A stretch of DNA of 64,000 bases from Marsupella aquatica. Lineage: Eukaryota; Plantae; Marchantiophyta. This document shows positions 51,030-64,000 of this stretch, one piece after another (the stretch's first letter is position 1; each line of letters starts with the position of its first letter). The stretch lies in the NCBI GenBank assembly GCA_973895155.1, contig OZ316896.1, positions 14,294,684-14,358,683 on the forward strand. The letters are read 5' to 3'. The notes beneath the pieces were generated by a model, which ran no database searches, had not been told where the DNA came from, and worked only from the letters and a program-made list of their open reading frames with translations. The position numbers and the translations under genes are program-made.

Positions 51030-51170
51030 ACTCCTCTCCGCACTACCGTACAGCATTTTCTCCTTTTTGTTTCGAATCACAAGTTTGAGCAATTTTTGAG
51101 ACTCCTCTCCGCACTACCGTACAGCATTTTCTCCTTTTTGTTTCGAATCACAAGTTTGAGCAGTTTTTGA
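51030..51170. repeat. About 70-bp tandem duplication upstream of the NEPRO-like gene
   Basis: GACTCCTCTCCGCACTACCGTACAGC...CAAGTTTGAGCA occurs twice. Confidence 0.9.
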
Positions 51171-53479
51171 GAGAAGTGAGCCCCCGACATCGAAACTCTC
51201 TCCAATCAAGTTTGTGAATCTCGGACACGCAGTCAGTACAATCACAAGTAGGAGCATTCATGAGCTAACACTTCTAAAGTTAGAGACCTATTACTTTGCA
51301 CACAAGGGCTTTCCTAAGGAAGTGCCAGGAGCAGGAGAGCTTCAACAATTAATAGCTTATCTGGGTGGGACAGCTACCTTCATAGCTGGGGGTCCTCCAT
51401 GGCTCCATCTCCACTCTCAACGCACGGCTCCATGACAGCAAGTGTTGAGTGTGTGTAGTTCCATCCAACATTCTCGTCCTCCACCTTCGAAATTCCCCGC
51501 TTGTAAATGCGTTGAAGCCATGCATTAAGAGTTGGAGATGGAGCATTCGTGCATCGTGAACGGCCTGTCATACGCATTGAATCAAGAAATACCAAAGGGA
51601 AGACTTCCCTTCGAACATAGCAAATGCTTAAACACCGAAGTATCAGTACTCAGTACATAAGATTTATTTTCAGCTAATGAATTAAATTTGTTTGAGTTGT
51701 TTAAGTTATTTTGTCAAAAGTGGAAAAGTAATTGCTAATGTTCGGAATCTAAGGCCCAGATGTCCCTGCCCATCCCCATGGACTGAGTAAAGCAATTGCC
51801 GGTTTTACACCAAAAAGAAAAAAGAACCTAATCGCAATTAGCAACTTTGACTACTTCAATCAATGGCCCAATCTGGCAGAATGCCCTCAAACAGGGGGTG
51901 TTGTGGAGAAAGTAGTCAAGACATCATCAAAGTTTTACAAAATGAAGTCAATGCAATGGCTAGTAATGTTCCAAAAGAAGAATGGAGCTGCCCCCTAGGG
52001 TGGCACTGCTTCTTTCTAGGTACTGGCCTCCCCCGGTCTTAGCACTTCGACCTCAGGTCCCTAGGGTTGGTGTCCCTTTTCGGGCCCCCCTCTTTGTATG
52101 TTGGCTATTTGAATGAAATTCATTTGGTTCTTTCGAGGCAAAAAAAAGAGAAAAAGAATGGAGCTTCTTTGTCTTGAAGCTCCATTCTCAGTCCAATTGA
52201 AACAAGGAAAATGGATCAATGAATGAACGATAACACTTGTGCCACTCCGTCGCTCCCATATCACGGATTCGAGCCCACGGCTTAGGAAAATTGCCAAGTC
52301 ATTATGAACTTCATGAGTACATAGCACATTTTCAAATGTGTGTGACATCTTGACAACTTACTCTACAGGGTTGTCAAAGTCCTCAACTGTTAGCGAAGTA
52401 AACATTACCTTTGAATTTGGCAGATTGGGTTGATTTATTTGAAGAGCTTCTGGATCAGTGCTCAAGGGTCTCACTATATGGGGACCTCCCCATCACCTGC
52501 AACGTTTTTAGGCCTCGGACCCCCTAAAATGTAAGAAAAAATATTTATTTTTTAACCCCTATAAAGTTGGAATATTTTTGGAATATTCCAAAAATTGGAT
52601 TAAAAAGGCCCTAATGTTCTTATAAGTCTCAAAATTGAATTTAAAAGACCCTATTGTTCTTCTACAAAAATTCTTAAGTCTTCCTTTACAACCAATAAAA
52701 TGACCCTATCCTTCGTCGCACGTGATATGCCATTTTTGTGGAAGTGAAACCCCCGAGGATCAGTGTTTAAACTGAAAATTTTCCAGCATGGTCTCTGATG
52801 TCCAATCTATTGCCTGACAAAGTTTGAGACTTTTTCAAATCATTTGCTTCATTTCAATGAACACAAAGTTGGTCAAATATTCTAAATCATGATTTCGCTT
52901 TACACTTGGAAATTTTCATGTGAGTCGAATGAAAATGAGTGTTCATGAGTAATGGCATGATGTCTTGACATCTTTCAGGTTAAAGGTAGTCAAGTCGTCC
53001 AGTTACTGAGGAGACCAATTGGGTAATGTAAGTGAAACCAACTGCACACGGTTAAGAGACCATTTACACGTCGCACTTCAATTGAAAGTGTAAACAATTT
53101 TATCTGAGTCAATTTAGATGTTTTGAACAAGTCCATCCAAGCTTTGCAAGTCCATCTGGGCTTCATAGACAAAGTGGAAGTCAATCCAGGCTTTTTGGTT
53201 TGTCACTTTTCCCTTGTTTCTCCATTCTAGCTTTTTTGTTATTTTGCTGTGTAAATTTTGTTTGTTAGAATTTATTTTTTCAATCATCTGGTGTAACTTT
53301 GTTTACCAGCATTGCCCCAAACATGGATGGGCGCCTTTATGAAAACTCCCCAAACACATATCTGGCCTTGGGATGGAAATTGACGACTTGGCGCAACGAA
53401 GAGCGAGGATAGCTGGAAATGACTTCTCATGGGTGTCCAAAACCAGATTAGCCCTAAAACTTCATAGAAAAGCTCATGT

Positions 53480-53800
53480 AAAAATTGAAAACAAGGAGAA
53501 CATGTTGGACCAATGCATTAACCTGGAAAAAATTTGAATATTTCACACTAGAGTTCCCGTGACCTGGGATGACACTGCAGTATTCTCTTAGCTAGGTTAT
53601 TAAAAAACAATTAAATGGTACTCGTGCCCAGCCAATAAAAGTTTCTCATAGATCCATGCCTTACACAGCAACTGCCCACCAGGTTGGGGGAGGACTAAAA
53701 TAATGCATTCAAAAAATGTTCTTTAGAACAATATGGTAACCTGGATCCATCAGGTTTTGCTGCATGGACAGTGGCAATTTAAGAGTGTCTACTAAAGGAA
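53480..53800 (-). pseudogene. Decayed hAT transposase C-terminal fragment
   Basis: Minus-strand pieces across frameshifts occur in hAT order: VHAA..LMDPGY, PPTWW, NNLAKRIL...CE.F. Compare LHAA..LDPRY, P..WW and LA.R.L...SS..CER.FS. Confidence 0.45.
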
Positions 53801-55849
53801 CAAAAAGTTTTTAAAAAACTGTTCACACGAACCCCATGAGAAGTCTCTTGTATAATTCCTGCACCATATCAGCACATTCCGTCACAACCACAAACGATGA
53901 TGTTTGCGGTGACAAACATACACAACCAATTGTGTTTGTTGCAATGCAGGCAAAAATGGTTAGACCCAGGAACCGTAAACATTTAAATTAAAAATTAACA
54001 TGCATGGAAAATAACAAAGAATGGAGGGAAAAAGATAAACACTTTATTTACTTTTTGAATTATATTGAAGAATATTTAATGGATTTACTTAAACAATGAT
54101 GACTAACTCTAGCAGTTCGATCTAATTGATTGACGCATACAATGGATCATTTGCTAACAAAGGGAATGGTGGACGATAGTGCACAAAGGTCACAAGAAAA
54201 GATGTATGTCATTGGATTTCTTAGATTGACAAATGAGATCAAATGTTGATAGTTAACTGTGACATGTGCACTTTAGATTGACAGTTGTTAGTCAGTTAGT
54301 CTTTTGGAGTTTTTATGATGTCATGTTTGTGCTACTAGCTGGGGTATGTTAGCATCCTAAGATTCATCAAAAGAGATTTTTAGCCACAATGTCTCAAGTC
54401 TGTTTACGCTGAGATTTTTTACTTTGCTGCCTAGCTTTGGAACCTATTCACTGAATAAATTTGGAGAAAAAATGGATTTCCCCAAAACTTTATGATGACC
54501 CTTTTCAACGAGTCGGATGAAAGAGATTGAAGGGAATGCAATGAAATGTGGAAGGTTGGGCGGGCAAAGGGGGAAAATTTGGGGTTACAAGTTTAGGTTT
54601 AATAACGTTATTATAGAATTCTCTCATTCAACTGCTAACAATGGCCCAACACAAACTTGTGATCAATCCCATTATTTTTAGACCAAGCCTCTTGCCTGTC
54701 TATTTAATTCATGAGCTTGACTACAGCTCATCTTGCTGGTTGTTGGAAATGTTTGGCTTAAAGTGCTACCAAATTGAGGCCTGAGTAATAAGGGAAAAAT
54801 AAGGCCTACTCGATTTACAACAATTGTGATACAAAGGGTGGTGCTTGAACCAGCATGGAAAATGAACTCCAACAACCTTGGTGTGAGAACATGTATCAGT
54901 CTATTCACAAGCATAAAAGCTGGGGTCCACAAACTAATTTGGAAGTCCACAAGGATTATCTCTGTAACCCATCACAATTGTGACAATACTAATGTACCAA
55001 ACAAAAAGTAAAGAAACATTGATGTCAAAGTCCAAATGGATATATGTAACACCATATGTCTTCAGTGAGAAAATGTGCCAATTCACTGAGAAATTTGCCA
55101 AATTCCACCCAATGAAAAAGTATTTGCCACTTTGGCAAAACTTAGCCAGGTTTTGGGAATGAATTTTCTTTTATAAGTTGGCCGTGAAAACCCCACTGAG
55201 AGGGGGGAACGATCAGCCCACAGAGGCAGGCCCAACAAGAACCAAGCCCACCAGGGGCCAAAGGCATTAAGAAGCAACAAGAAGCTCCTCAGCGGGACAT
55301 CACAAGAACAAGGAATCTGCCAAATTAAAGCCCCAACAGGGCAATTAGCCATTTTTTTTTGTTTGTGATTGCCCTGGAGGTTCCCACCCCATCCATCACA
55401 TACCCCTTCGAAACAATTTGATGGTTATCCTTAAATCACGAGGAGGGAGATCAAAATACATGAGAAAATATTGGATAACGATATTCTTAGAATCTTATGC
55501 TTCTAAAACCCTAAACAACCAAGTGAAATACACTAAACCTTAGAAAGCACGCTGGTCTGTAACCCATAACTCACAAGTAAAGAGATGTGAATTTAGGAAC
55601 TTTAAGACGCCCTACAGTAGTTATGCATTGGAGGTGCTTCATGTCCAGCAAAGAGAGCTCACCCACAAGAGTCCCAAATTCTTCGGTACACTAGCATTAC
55701 CACAGTCCGAATTGGGAACCTGTCTCTTCGTTTGTGGTGCCTTTGTGTAGGTTGTGCGGTGCAATGTAGATTGCAGTGCCGACATCGATTGAGCTGGTGG
55801 CTTGGAGGGGCCGCAGAAATCATAACAAGGCCGCTTGACGGATTAAGCG

Positions 55850-55943
55850 ATGGCGGAGAGCGGATCGCCAATGCGCGTTCTGGAGTTCTACAGTGGCATC
55901 GGAGGCTTGGTTCGTCAAACTCGTCTCTCTCTTGTTTGTATTC

Positions 55944-56010
<67 letters not shown>

Positions 56011-59000
56011 GATGTAGATGAAGTCCGCTTGTCCCCAGTTTGAGCTCGGCACAGAGTGCATACGTGCATACGTCAGATTTTACATATAGCTTATGGGTTT
56101 AGAAAGTCGAGTTTCTGAATTAATCGGAGAGTTATGGCCGAGACTGAGGAGGATGAATCCATGCTCTCATAAAGTCTGCACGCCAACCCCAGTAGCGAAA
56201 GGGGAGTGCAGACCGCAGATCGTCTGAACTATAAACCCTAAACCTTTAACTGTAAACCAAGGAAGAAGAAGTAATATTGATCATCTGACTGCCCATGTTT
56301 GAATTTTTATAGAATTGTCTTAGCTACGTGAAGGGATGACATAGGTTTGCAAGAGGTCTTTGGGGTAGAATTGGTCACTGAAAAGGAATCGAAAATCAGA
56401 GTAATAAACATTTCTGCGATTTTTTGTTATTGAGCTTCCGTGCAATGAAGCCAACCGCTGTATCAGATCTGGATTTCGTACTGAAGAATGTACTCTAACA
56501 AGAGTGCAAACTGTGTTCTTGAATTTGCGCCTGGTTGCTCATGTGAGTATTTTATGTGCAGAGGTACTCGCTGGAAAAGTCTGGAGTGAAAGCTGATTTG
56601 GTAGAGGCGTTCGACATCAATGAACTCGCAAACGATGTGTACGAGTACAATTTTGGGCACAGGCCGAGTCAGGTACACTACTATTGATGTCCTTGCTTTA
56701 AATATGTTTGTTGTGAGAGTTCCCGTGAAACTCGTCACCTTGTTTCGACGCATGCTTCTCCCCACAGCGTTTGACGCCGGCGATGAATTGTTGTGAGAGG
56801 ATTTACTGTGCATGATATGCAGTCTGAAAACTCTGAGCCAGCTCTGATGAAAAGCAAGATGTAACCGAATACCTAAATTGTATAACAATATTTTACACAG
56901 GAATGCGCAGAACTTGCTCTACAAGCTTGTTAGCGAGCCAGGATGCGCAGTTAACTGTTTTTTCCGGATTTGTTTCGAATCTTATTTGTCGTGGATAATT
57001 TTGCACCGTGGGATCAGGGTAACATCCAAGGTCTAAGTGTCCAGCAATTGGACAAGTACAAGGCAGATGCATGGCTCATGTCCCCTCCATGCCAGCCCTA
57101 CACACGGCAAGGTACCTCGCATGTTTCGTGGCTTTGTCTGTCTCGCCTTCCATTTTTCAAAGACATCGAAACAATAGTAGTCTGATTAATCAGATGTTTT
57201 CTGCGTGCTGTCAAGTGCAATTGTGGTTTGGTTTTACTTTTTCTTTGTTTGGATATAACTCATCGTGCTTCGATGGGACTAATAGATAGCTGATGGTTTC
57301 GCCATATGTTACTCGACAAAGAGAAATGTGCTCTTTTTCTGTCCATCACTGAGACATCTGATATGCCATGTTAAAGATTGCAGGTTTACAGAAGGATGCT
57401 GATGATGCCCGAGCTAGCTCTTTTCTCAAAATTATGCAGTTGCTGCCTCTGATGGCCTCGCCTCCCGGTCATGTGTTGGTGGAAAATGTCGTTGGCTTCG
57501 AGGTGAGAGCCCTGGGTATACCTTTTGGTAACGGTGTAGTGTCAGTGGATTTGGAATCTCATACAAATTTAAGAAATCATGCGAACGGATTGCCCATTGA
57601 GAACTGAAGGAAATTGAGGGGAACTGCACCAACTGCCGCTGCGCTGTTGTTTTTAATCTTAATCCATCGTCGTCTACTTCTCTCTCAGAATTCAGTCACG
57701 CATAGCCGGCTATTGGCAGTGTTGGAGGATGCAGGGTTTGTAATTCAGGAGTTCATTCTGAGCCCTCTTCAGTTTGGGATCCCATATTCACGGCCGCGAT
57801 ACTTTTGCTTGGTACTTACCATCTGTAACTCTTGTTCGTTCCTCGGTTTAGAGTACAATGATACCGAGAAAGAACTCGGAGACCTTTCGGTGTCACTTCC
57901 AATCTAGAGACTTTCAGTTTGTCTTACGTAATCATGTATACAATTCTGGAAGTTGCTCGATGTGCTATTTGCTACTTGAGTATTGGTCTTTGATTTATAG
58001 AAAGTCCACCAATTCAATTACAAATGAAATTTTTTCCGACCTTTTGAAATGCAGGCGAAAAAGATTTCGGAAGACTTTGTGGAGCCAGAATATAATGGGC
58101 AACTTGTGCGTAGTCCCGGTCCTCTGTTGCACTTGAAGCAAACACAATTAAATTCTCATACGTTTGAGAACACCAAGGATAGCAAGGAAGCCTCAGGTCT
58201 GCATCTTAAGAGCAGCAAGGGCACGTCATTATACGATCGTGGTCAAATTCCCCGCGGTCCAATCCAGTTGAGACGGAATGAGCCTATCATGGATCCAGAA
58301 GTCAAATGCGGAGCTGTTGGGGACTATCTGGAGCCAAATCCTGCATATGCCATGGAAGAGGGCGTTGAAGTCCGACTGGCTGGACCTTCTTGTATGGATG
58401 GAAATGTTCCAGAGCGCACCAGTTCCTGTCAGTATAGCCTACACCAAGACTCTGAAGTACCTGGAGGGAAGATTATGGGAGACCCGGAGCAAACAATCTC
58501 AAGTGGAGGGCAAAGTACTGTCCTATCTCACGAGGGTCAATGGGAGCCTTACAAGGTTCCTATGAATGTAGTCGAACGATGGATTGATGCTTACGGTATC
58601 CTTCACATATAATCCATATTTTTGTTTCATAAAGCTTCAGTTGGTGTAAAGGCAGAGTCATTTCCAGGCATCTTTGTCTTGACCTACATTCCGTTTGCAG
58701 GCTGTGGAATTCTCTTCTTTTGTGTGTTAAATCGTTATGTCTCTCATACTATTCCTTAGCCCGGTACTCGCAGATATTGTGACTCCACAATGCAGACGGT
58801 GTTGTTGTTTCACAAAAAGTTACACTCGGTACGCCAAGGGAACTGGTTCTTTTCTGGCTACCAAGGTACGTGCCATTGTTACAGAGGCTCGTCTGAAACA
58901 AGCAGCAGAGCAATATGGCCCAAGTGGTTTCAAGTGCCGTAAATAGTTTCTGTCTGACATTGCTTTCCAGCTTTAAGCCTGGAACCTGTCTCTGACGCTT

Positions 59001-59650
59001 TAAATGTGTAGCAGTGATTAATCTCGAACACTGAATTTTCTTTGATTACCTTCTCAGGTCTCATTGAAGGAAGGCGACACCCTCGAGAAGTATATTTTTG
59101 ACCTTCGATTAGAAGGTCGTTCTCTGGCTAGTCTGGGATTGCGTTACTTCACACCCAGAGAGGTTTGTAACTCCCACTCATCTTGCGACCTGATACTTCC
59201 AAAATTCCTCCCCAGTCTACGATCGTAATTTTTTAAGGTAGATAAGTCCATTCTTTTGCTGCATGCAGAGTCTTTTTGGAAACGTTGTGAATTGTGGCAC
59301 TGAGTGAAAACTGGGCCTTAATGGATGTGTGCAGGTGGCAAATCTTCATTCTTTTCCTGACAGTTTCAGGTTTCCTGCACACATAAAATTGAAGCAAAGG
59401 TATGTTGTCTATTGCGGGTCTACGGTCTCTCTTTTTTGTGAATGTTTGAATGCTATCAATTGCTGGTCTTAGGGCTCTTTTATTATGAACGTTTCCTTTT
59501 AACGGGTTGCTTATCTGACTCCTTTACACTTTGTTGGAGTTTTCCAGATATGCATTACTTGGCAATAGCTTGAGTGTGGTGGTAGTCGGTAGCCTTCTTA
59601 AATACTTGTTCTCCACTCCACCTTCACGAGAACCTTTGATGGGTCAATGA
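55850..59650 (+). CDS. DNMT2: tRNA (cytosine-38-C5) methyltransferase DNMT2/TRDMT1; multi-exon
   Basis: C5-MTase motifs in order: [11 protein letters not shown] (I), AFDIN (II), [12 protein letters not shown] (IV), ENVVGFE (VI), [12 protein letters not shown] (VIII), the DNMT2-specific [22 protein letters not shown] (IX) and YALLGNSL (X). Confidence 0.96.
55945..56007. repeat. (AG)n microsatellite in DNMT2 intron 1
   Basis: About 31 uninterrupted AG units. Confidence 0.98.
58596..58773 (+). other. U12-type GT-AG intron in DNMT2
   Basis: 5' site GTATCCTT and branch-like TTCCTTAGC (58752-58760) 13 nt before the intron end. Removal joins WIDAY to DIVTP. Confidence 0.85.
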
Positions 59651-60764
59651 CGGTAGTGTGGGACACCGATCATTGACTGATCTAATGCTGAAAGAAACAA
59701 TTTGGTAGTGAAATGATGATGGCTGTGTAGTCTAGAGAATCCCGCATGTCATGTTTCTAATTGATGGATGTTATTGTCAACAAGGAAATGAAGATAGTAG
59801 AATTTCGAGCATGTTGCAATCTCAGTTCCAATTCATGTTGGATATTTGTCTGGATATTTAGCATTATGTTATTTTCACAATTCACATTGCTTCTTTCAAG
59901 ATTTGATTTCCAACTCGTTCGAGAAAAACAACCGCCGATGTGTATAAGGAATGCAACGAAGCCTTTCAAGTATCCTGACAGGGGCAAAGAACGATTTAAG
60001 GAATATGAAGAGCATCAACTAATATGTCTAAGGAGCACTGGACATATGTGAAAGTAATAGTGCCGAAAAACTACAGTGCGATACGCAATGTGCTGAGGTT
60101 GATATTGGGTACTTGAACTGAACTTCACTAGAATTCTTGTGATCAGTTCTTGCAGGCCACATTTGGTGGTGTGTACAAAGCTAATCAAACTCTCGAACAA
60201 AAATTAATATAGTGTTGACCTCGAGAAGAATTCTGACTAGTCTCTTCATCCACATATCCCCCACAATTTATCCCCCACAATTTATCAGTTCTCTGGTTTA
60301 CATCTTTGAGGGGAGACGTATACCTCGGCCGGCCAGAGGATATAGCTGCGAACAGGTCTCTTAACTCTCTGATAACTTAGATCTCGCAGTGTATGTTCGA
60401 AATCCATCTACAAACTGTTCATCCTAAAGAATGCTGGGGCTGGCCTCCAAGCCCAAGATTCGTAAAGTCGAGAGATGTAGATTTTCCCCTTTCCGCGTAA
60501 AATCTCTAGTAGTGAATGCTAGACATCCAGGTTTCTAAAATGTAGAATGCTTGTTTGGTCCTCGATCAGATTTTGGTTGGATGCAATTGAGAGATATTCT
60601 AGATTGATGGAGATCCATTTCCTCTCCATTCTTAGTACAACTTTGATCCACAAATCCCAATTCTTCCAAGAGCTCCAAAGGGATATGTACGAAATTTCCG
60701 CAACCTGTGAGAAGCACTCTGAACCTGCTCTATTGATTCGTAGTGGTATAGGAGTGTTGAATTC

Positions 60765-63700
60765 TCACTCTCCAGCACAAGCCATGGGTTGAAACCCGAT
60801 CCTGGTGTTTTGTCTATCATAGAGCACACGGTAATTCTGCTGCTGGATGTTCCCGATAATGGTCGTAGTCTGCGTCGAGCGATCAATGGCCAGGCATAGC
60901 GTCCCATCCTCGACTTCCAACATGTAGTTCTCTTGTGGCAAATCCAGATCCACTCCGTCTAGATGAAACACCAGGCTTGGGAACTTGGGCTCAGATTCAT
61001 CTCTCACGTCGAAGCACAGATCGAACCGGGCCTCGGAGGAGCTGGTTGGATACTTCGCGCCTTTGCTGAATGCTTTCCTAAGAGCGTCGTAAGCTTCTCC
61101 TCCCAAGTTAGTCACCGTGGTTCCAGAGTCTAGAATTGTACCGCCGTTTCCCGAGTCTTGAATGGCGAACACGTCTGGCGAGATGTCCAGCTGCTCGCCT
61201 CCCACGCTGATCCCTATCATCTTCATATAGTAGTAAGCTTGGTGTCTCTGTGGTCATCCAAATATGGATCCATTGGCGCAAATTAGAACGAGTCGGAGGA
61301 GACGAAATTTGTGAACTAGACGACAGATAGAAAAGCATGCCATTGATGTCGCTCATAGTCTGGGATGGTTAGTGCATATCTTCTCGGAATTCGTCATGAA
61401 GAGAGTTCAGAACAAACCTAGAACTTGGATGAAATGGTACCAACTTATGAAAGTCACCAGATTAGTCAGACTCGCCACAAAAAATGAAGTAGTTGAATGC
61501 AATGACAGGATAATGCAGTAGTACTTTTGGAGACGATTAGAGTCTCGATGTGTACCTTATTGGTGATGAGTGGTGTGTACCCAGCTCCAGGGCCAGTGAG
61601 GATGGCAGCATCTCCGAAGTAGATGGGGCTCGTGACGCTTGTGGGATCGTTTCGACTTACAAGACAATACCCAAATTGATCGCTGAGATGTGTTCCAAGT
61701 TGTGAGGCTATCGAGAGTGCACCTCGCCCCAGTGCCACCACACCATCCGCTCTGGTTCCAATGAACGTCCCTCTGCTGGCATGGCTACATCCGAAAGTGA
61801 TGTTGGGAAACGCTCTTTCCTATATTTCAATCACTCTCATTACGTCAGAACTGCCCGATCCATCTTCTGTATCATCAATTCTTCAGATGAAAAGGAGATC
61901 TAGTACTCTAATTGCAGGTTTCCAACACGACCAGCTTTGCAAGAGATGCGATTTGATATCTTTGTCTATTGAGACTTGAAATTGCTTTCCAACGAGAGTC
62001 TCACAATGAGCTTCATTAAGGCAGACATGATCCGTTCTATTGATACTACAAGAGAGTTTGATGGACATACCTGTCCTCCTGTTGTGGATTTAATTGTGAA
62101 AGTGTCAGTGGATAGAGTGCCGTAAGTGAAAGAGCTGTCGCCATAGCTGTACATGTAATCGCAGCTGTCATCGAAGATGTTGCAGAATGATGTGGAGAGG
62201 CTCTCGCACACGTCCTCCACGCAATCGAGCTCGCGGTAGGTTGACGAGCCGCTAGGATCATAGATGGGATCCGACTGCTCGTAACAGAGCGAGCAATGCC
62301 TACATTGAATCCATGCCAAATCACTACCCGTGTCGACAATCCCTGGAGAAAATATTCATTGTGCACACAAGCCACGTCGTCAGGTACGGCGGGGTTTTTT
62401 TATGGCTGAAGATAGAACTTCTTTTGGCTCCCGACCCAACACCCAAGAAGAGTAAGCCTAGTTGGTTCGAATCTGAACGCTTTGTGCCGTGTCCTGGCCA
62501 GTAGCTTGCAAGGATTAAGAATTGAAGTAATACAGGGACCATCAATGAATGCAGATTCAAGAACAGTTGGCACCATAACTAATAAGGCAAGAGAGATTTG
62601 AAACAGAGTTATGCAGGCCTGAGAATGACAACAGTCCGGATGCAAAAGTAGGTTCGAATCAAATTTTAAACGGAACCCTTTCATTGATAAAACAGAGGTA
62701 ACGGTGCATACTTCTCCTTCTTCTTTGGCCATTCAAGGGACATATCACGGTTTGGAGGATAGATGCACAGAGATATGGAAATTTTCCATGTCGAAGTTCT
62801 GCCTCGTGGTCAGGATTGTTCTGAAGAATAAAACTTATCACTACAATTTCATTCACTTGGATTGGCTATGGCAAGCAATTGCATCAGAGGCAATTTAGTC
62901 GTACAGCATGTGCATCCCAGTTCCACACTTTGGTGAGTCTCTGGTCGAAGCTTACTGCAATCTTCCTTAAAACGAAGACTATATTGCTTATTGCAAGTGA
63001 ACGGAGTCGGATGGCGTTTCCATCAATTTGTAAATTGGCATCAAGGAATGTGGTAAGTGGTACTAAGTCACAATCTGCATAAAGTTATCGTCAATCTATT
63101 CGTGTGTACAGCGAACAGAGATGATTGAGGGTTGAAGAAATCTGAGACTCAATTTCTCGTTGGCCATAGCAATTCGTTGTGCTTAGAATGAAGTACAAAG
63201 TAGAGCTGTTGCAGCAGTCACACCGACAAATCCACGTACCTTTGAGCATCCGGGGTGGGCTGCCGACTTCTAAGGTCATGAGGTACTCGCCCGGTTGGGA
63301 CCAGACCTCGCTTTCGTAGCTATCTTCCCACTCCGGGGTACCCAACAGCTCTCGCAGGAACTCGCCATCCGCTTCCGAACCGGCATCCGACTCATCCACT
63401 AGTGAGATGTCTTTCGTCGGGAGCCCGTACGCGATTGTCTCGTGGTCTCGAGACTTCCTGTTGAGCAGAAAGCCCACCCGACTTGAACTTTTCTCCAACG
63501 CGCACTTGAGGTGCTCCACTCGTTCGCCTTCCCTCGAAAGACTCAGTCCTCCGGAAGAATTGAAACCTGGGAATCACCGAAAATGAACAGAATTGGTAAA
63601 TTTGAAGACCGTTTGTAAACGAATGAGGGCATGAAACCTGGAGTGATTTTGTCACCAGTCCTAAATTACGACATACCCTTGGATAGCCCCGAGCAGTTAT

Positions 63701-63992
63701 ACGGTCTGTGGATGAGGGCCCCGGTGATGCCGTTGCCACCGCTGAAGCTGCTCGATTTGGTGGTGGTCACGGAGGGCGAGAAGCCATGAGGCAAATCCAG
63801 GAGATGTCTGTGACCGTCTTCCGCAAATTCAACGGCACTGCTGCGGATCGTGCTCCCGACAGAGTTCTCGGACCGGAGTGAGTGTCGGTGGAAAGTGGCC
63901 CACGCAGTGAGACTGCCGAGCACCTGCAATGTGATCACAAGAGAGACGCACCACGGCCGGGAGCAGCTTGCTCCTCCTCGCTCCTGCATCAT
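60765..63992 (-). CDS. A1 family aspartic protease, nepenthesin/CDR1-like; 5 coding exons
   Basis: GEYLMTLEVGSPP / IVDTGSDLAWIQC (first catalytic Asp), YSYGDSS, FGC, DGVVALGRG, FGYCL, GTILDSGT (second catalytic Asp) and IIGNIQQQNYRVLYD. The N-terminus has a hydrophobic segment. Confidence 0.94.
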
Positions 63993-64000
63993 TTCTCGCT

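Noticed and set aside
55659-56069. ORFs with SL/ER dipeptide runs
   Set aside because: They are translations of the (AG)n microsatellite.

Overview
Eukaryotic nuclear DNA from a land plant. The gene set, intron style and one repeat-borne ORF family suggest a bryophyte, probably a liverwort (inference). Seven protein-coding genes can be reconstructed by hand: a CER16/RIPR-like gene (+), AP-5 complex zeta (+), an intronless plastid-type PPR-SMR gene (+), exosome CSL4 (+), a NEPRO/RMP64-like DUF4477 gene (-), DNMT2 (+) and a nepenthesin-type aspartic protease (-). About 8.5-28 kb is repeat/transposon-derived and includes a 12 kb Mutator-like element with 109-bp TIRs, a 10-bp TSD, nested inserts and gene fragments, but no visible transposase. 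Two features are missed by the ORF track. First, one AP5Z1 intron holds a box C/D snoRNA cluster: a U56-like guide triplicated in a 352-bp tandem repeat, plus a guide with the same target as vertebrate U50. Second, three consecutive genes (CSL4, NEPRO-like, DNMT2) each carry a U12-type GT-AG minor intron. All homology calls come from recalled motifs; no database search was run.
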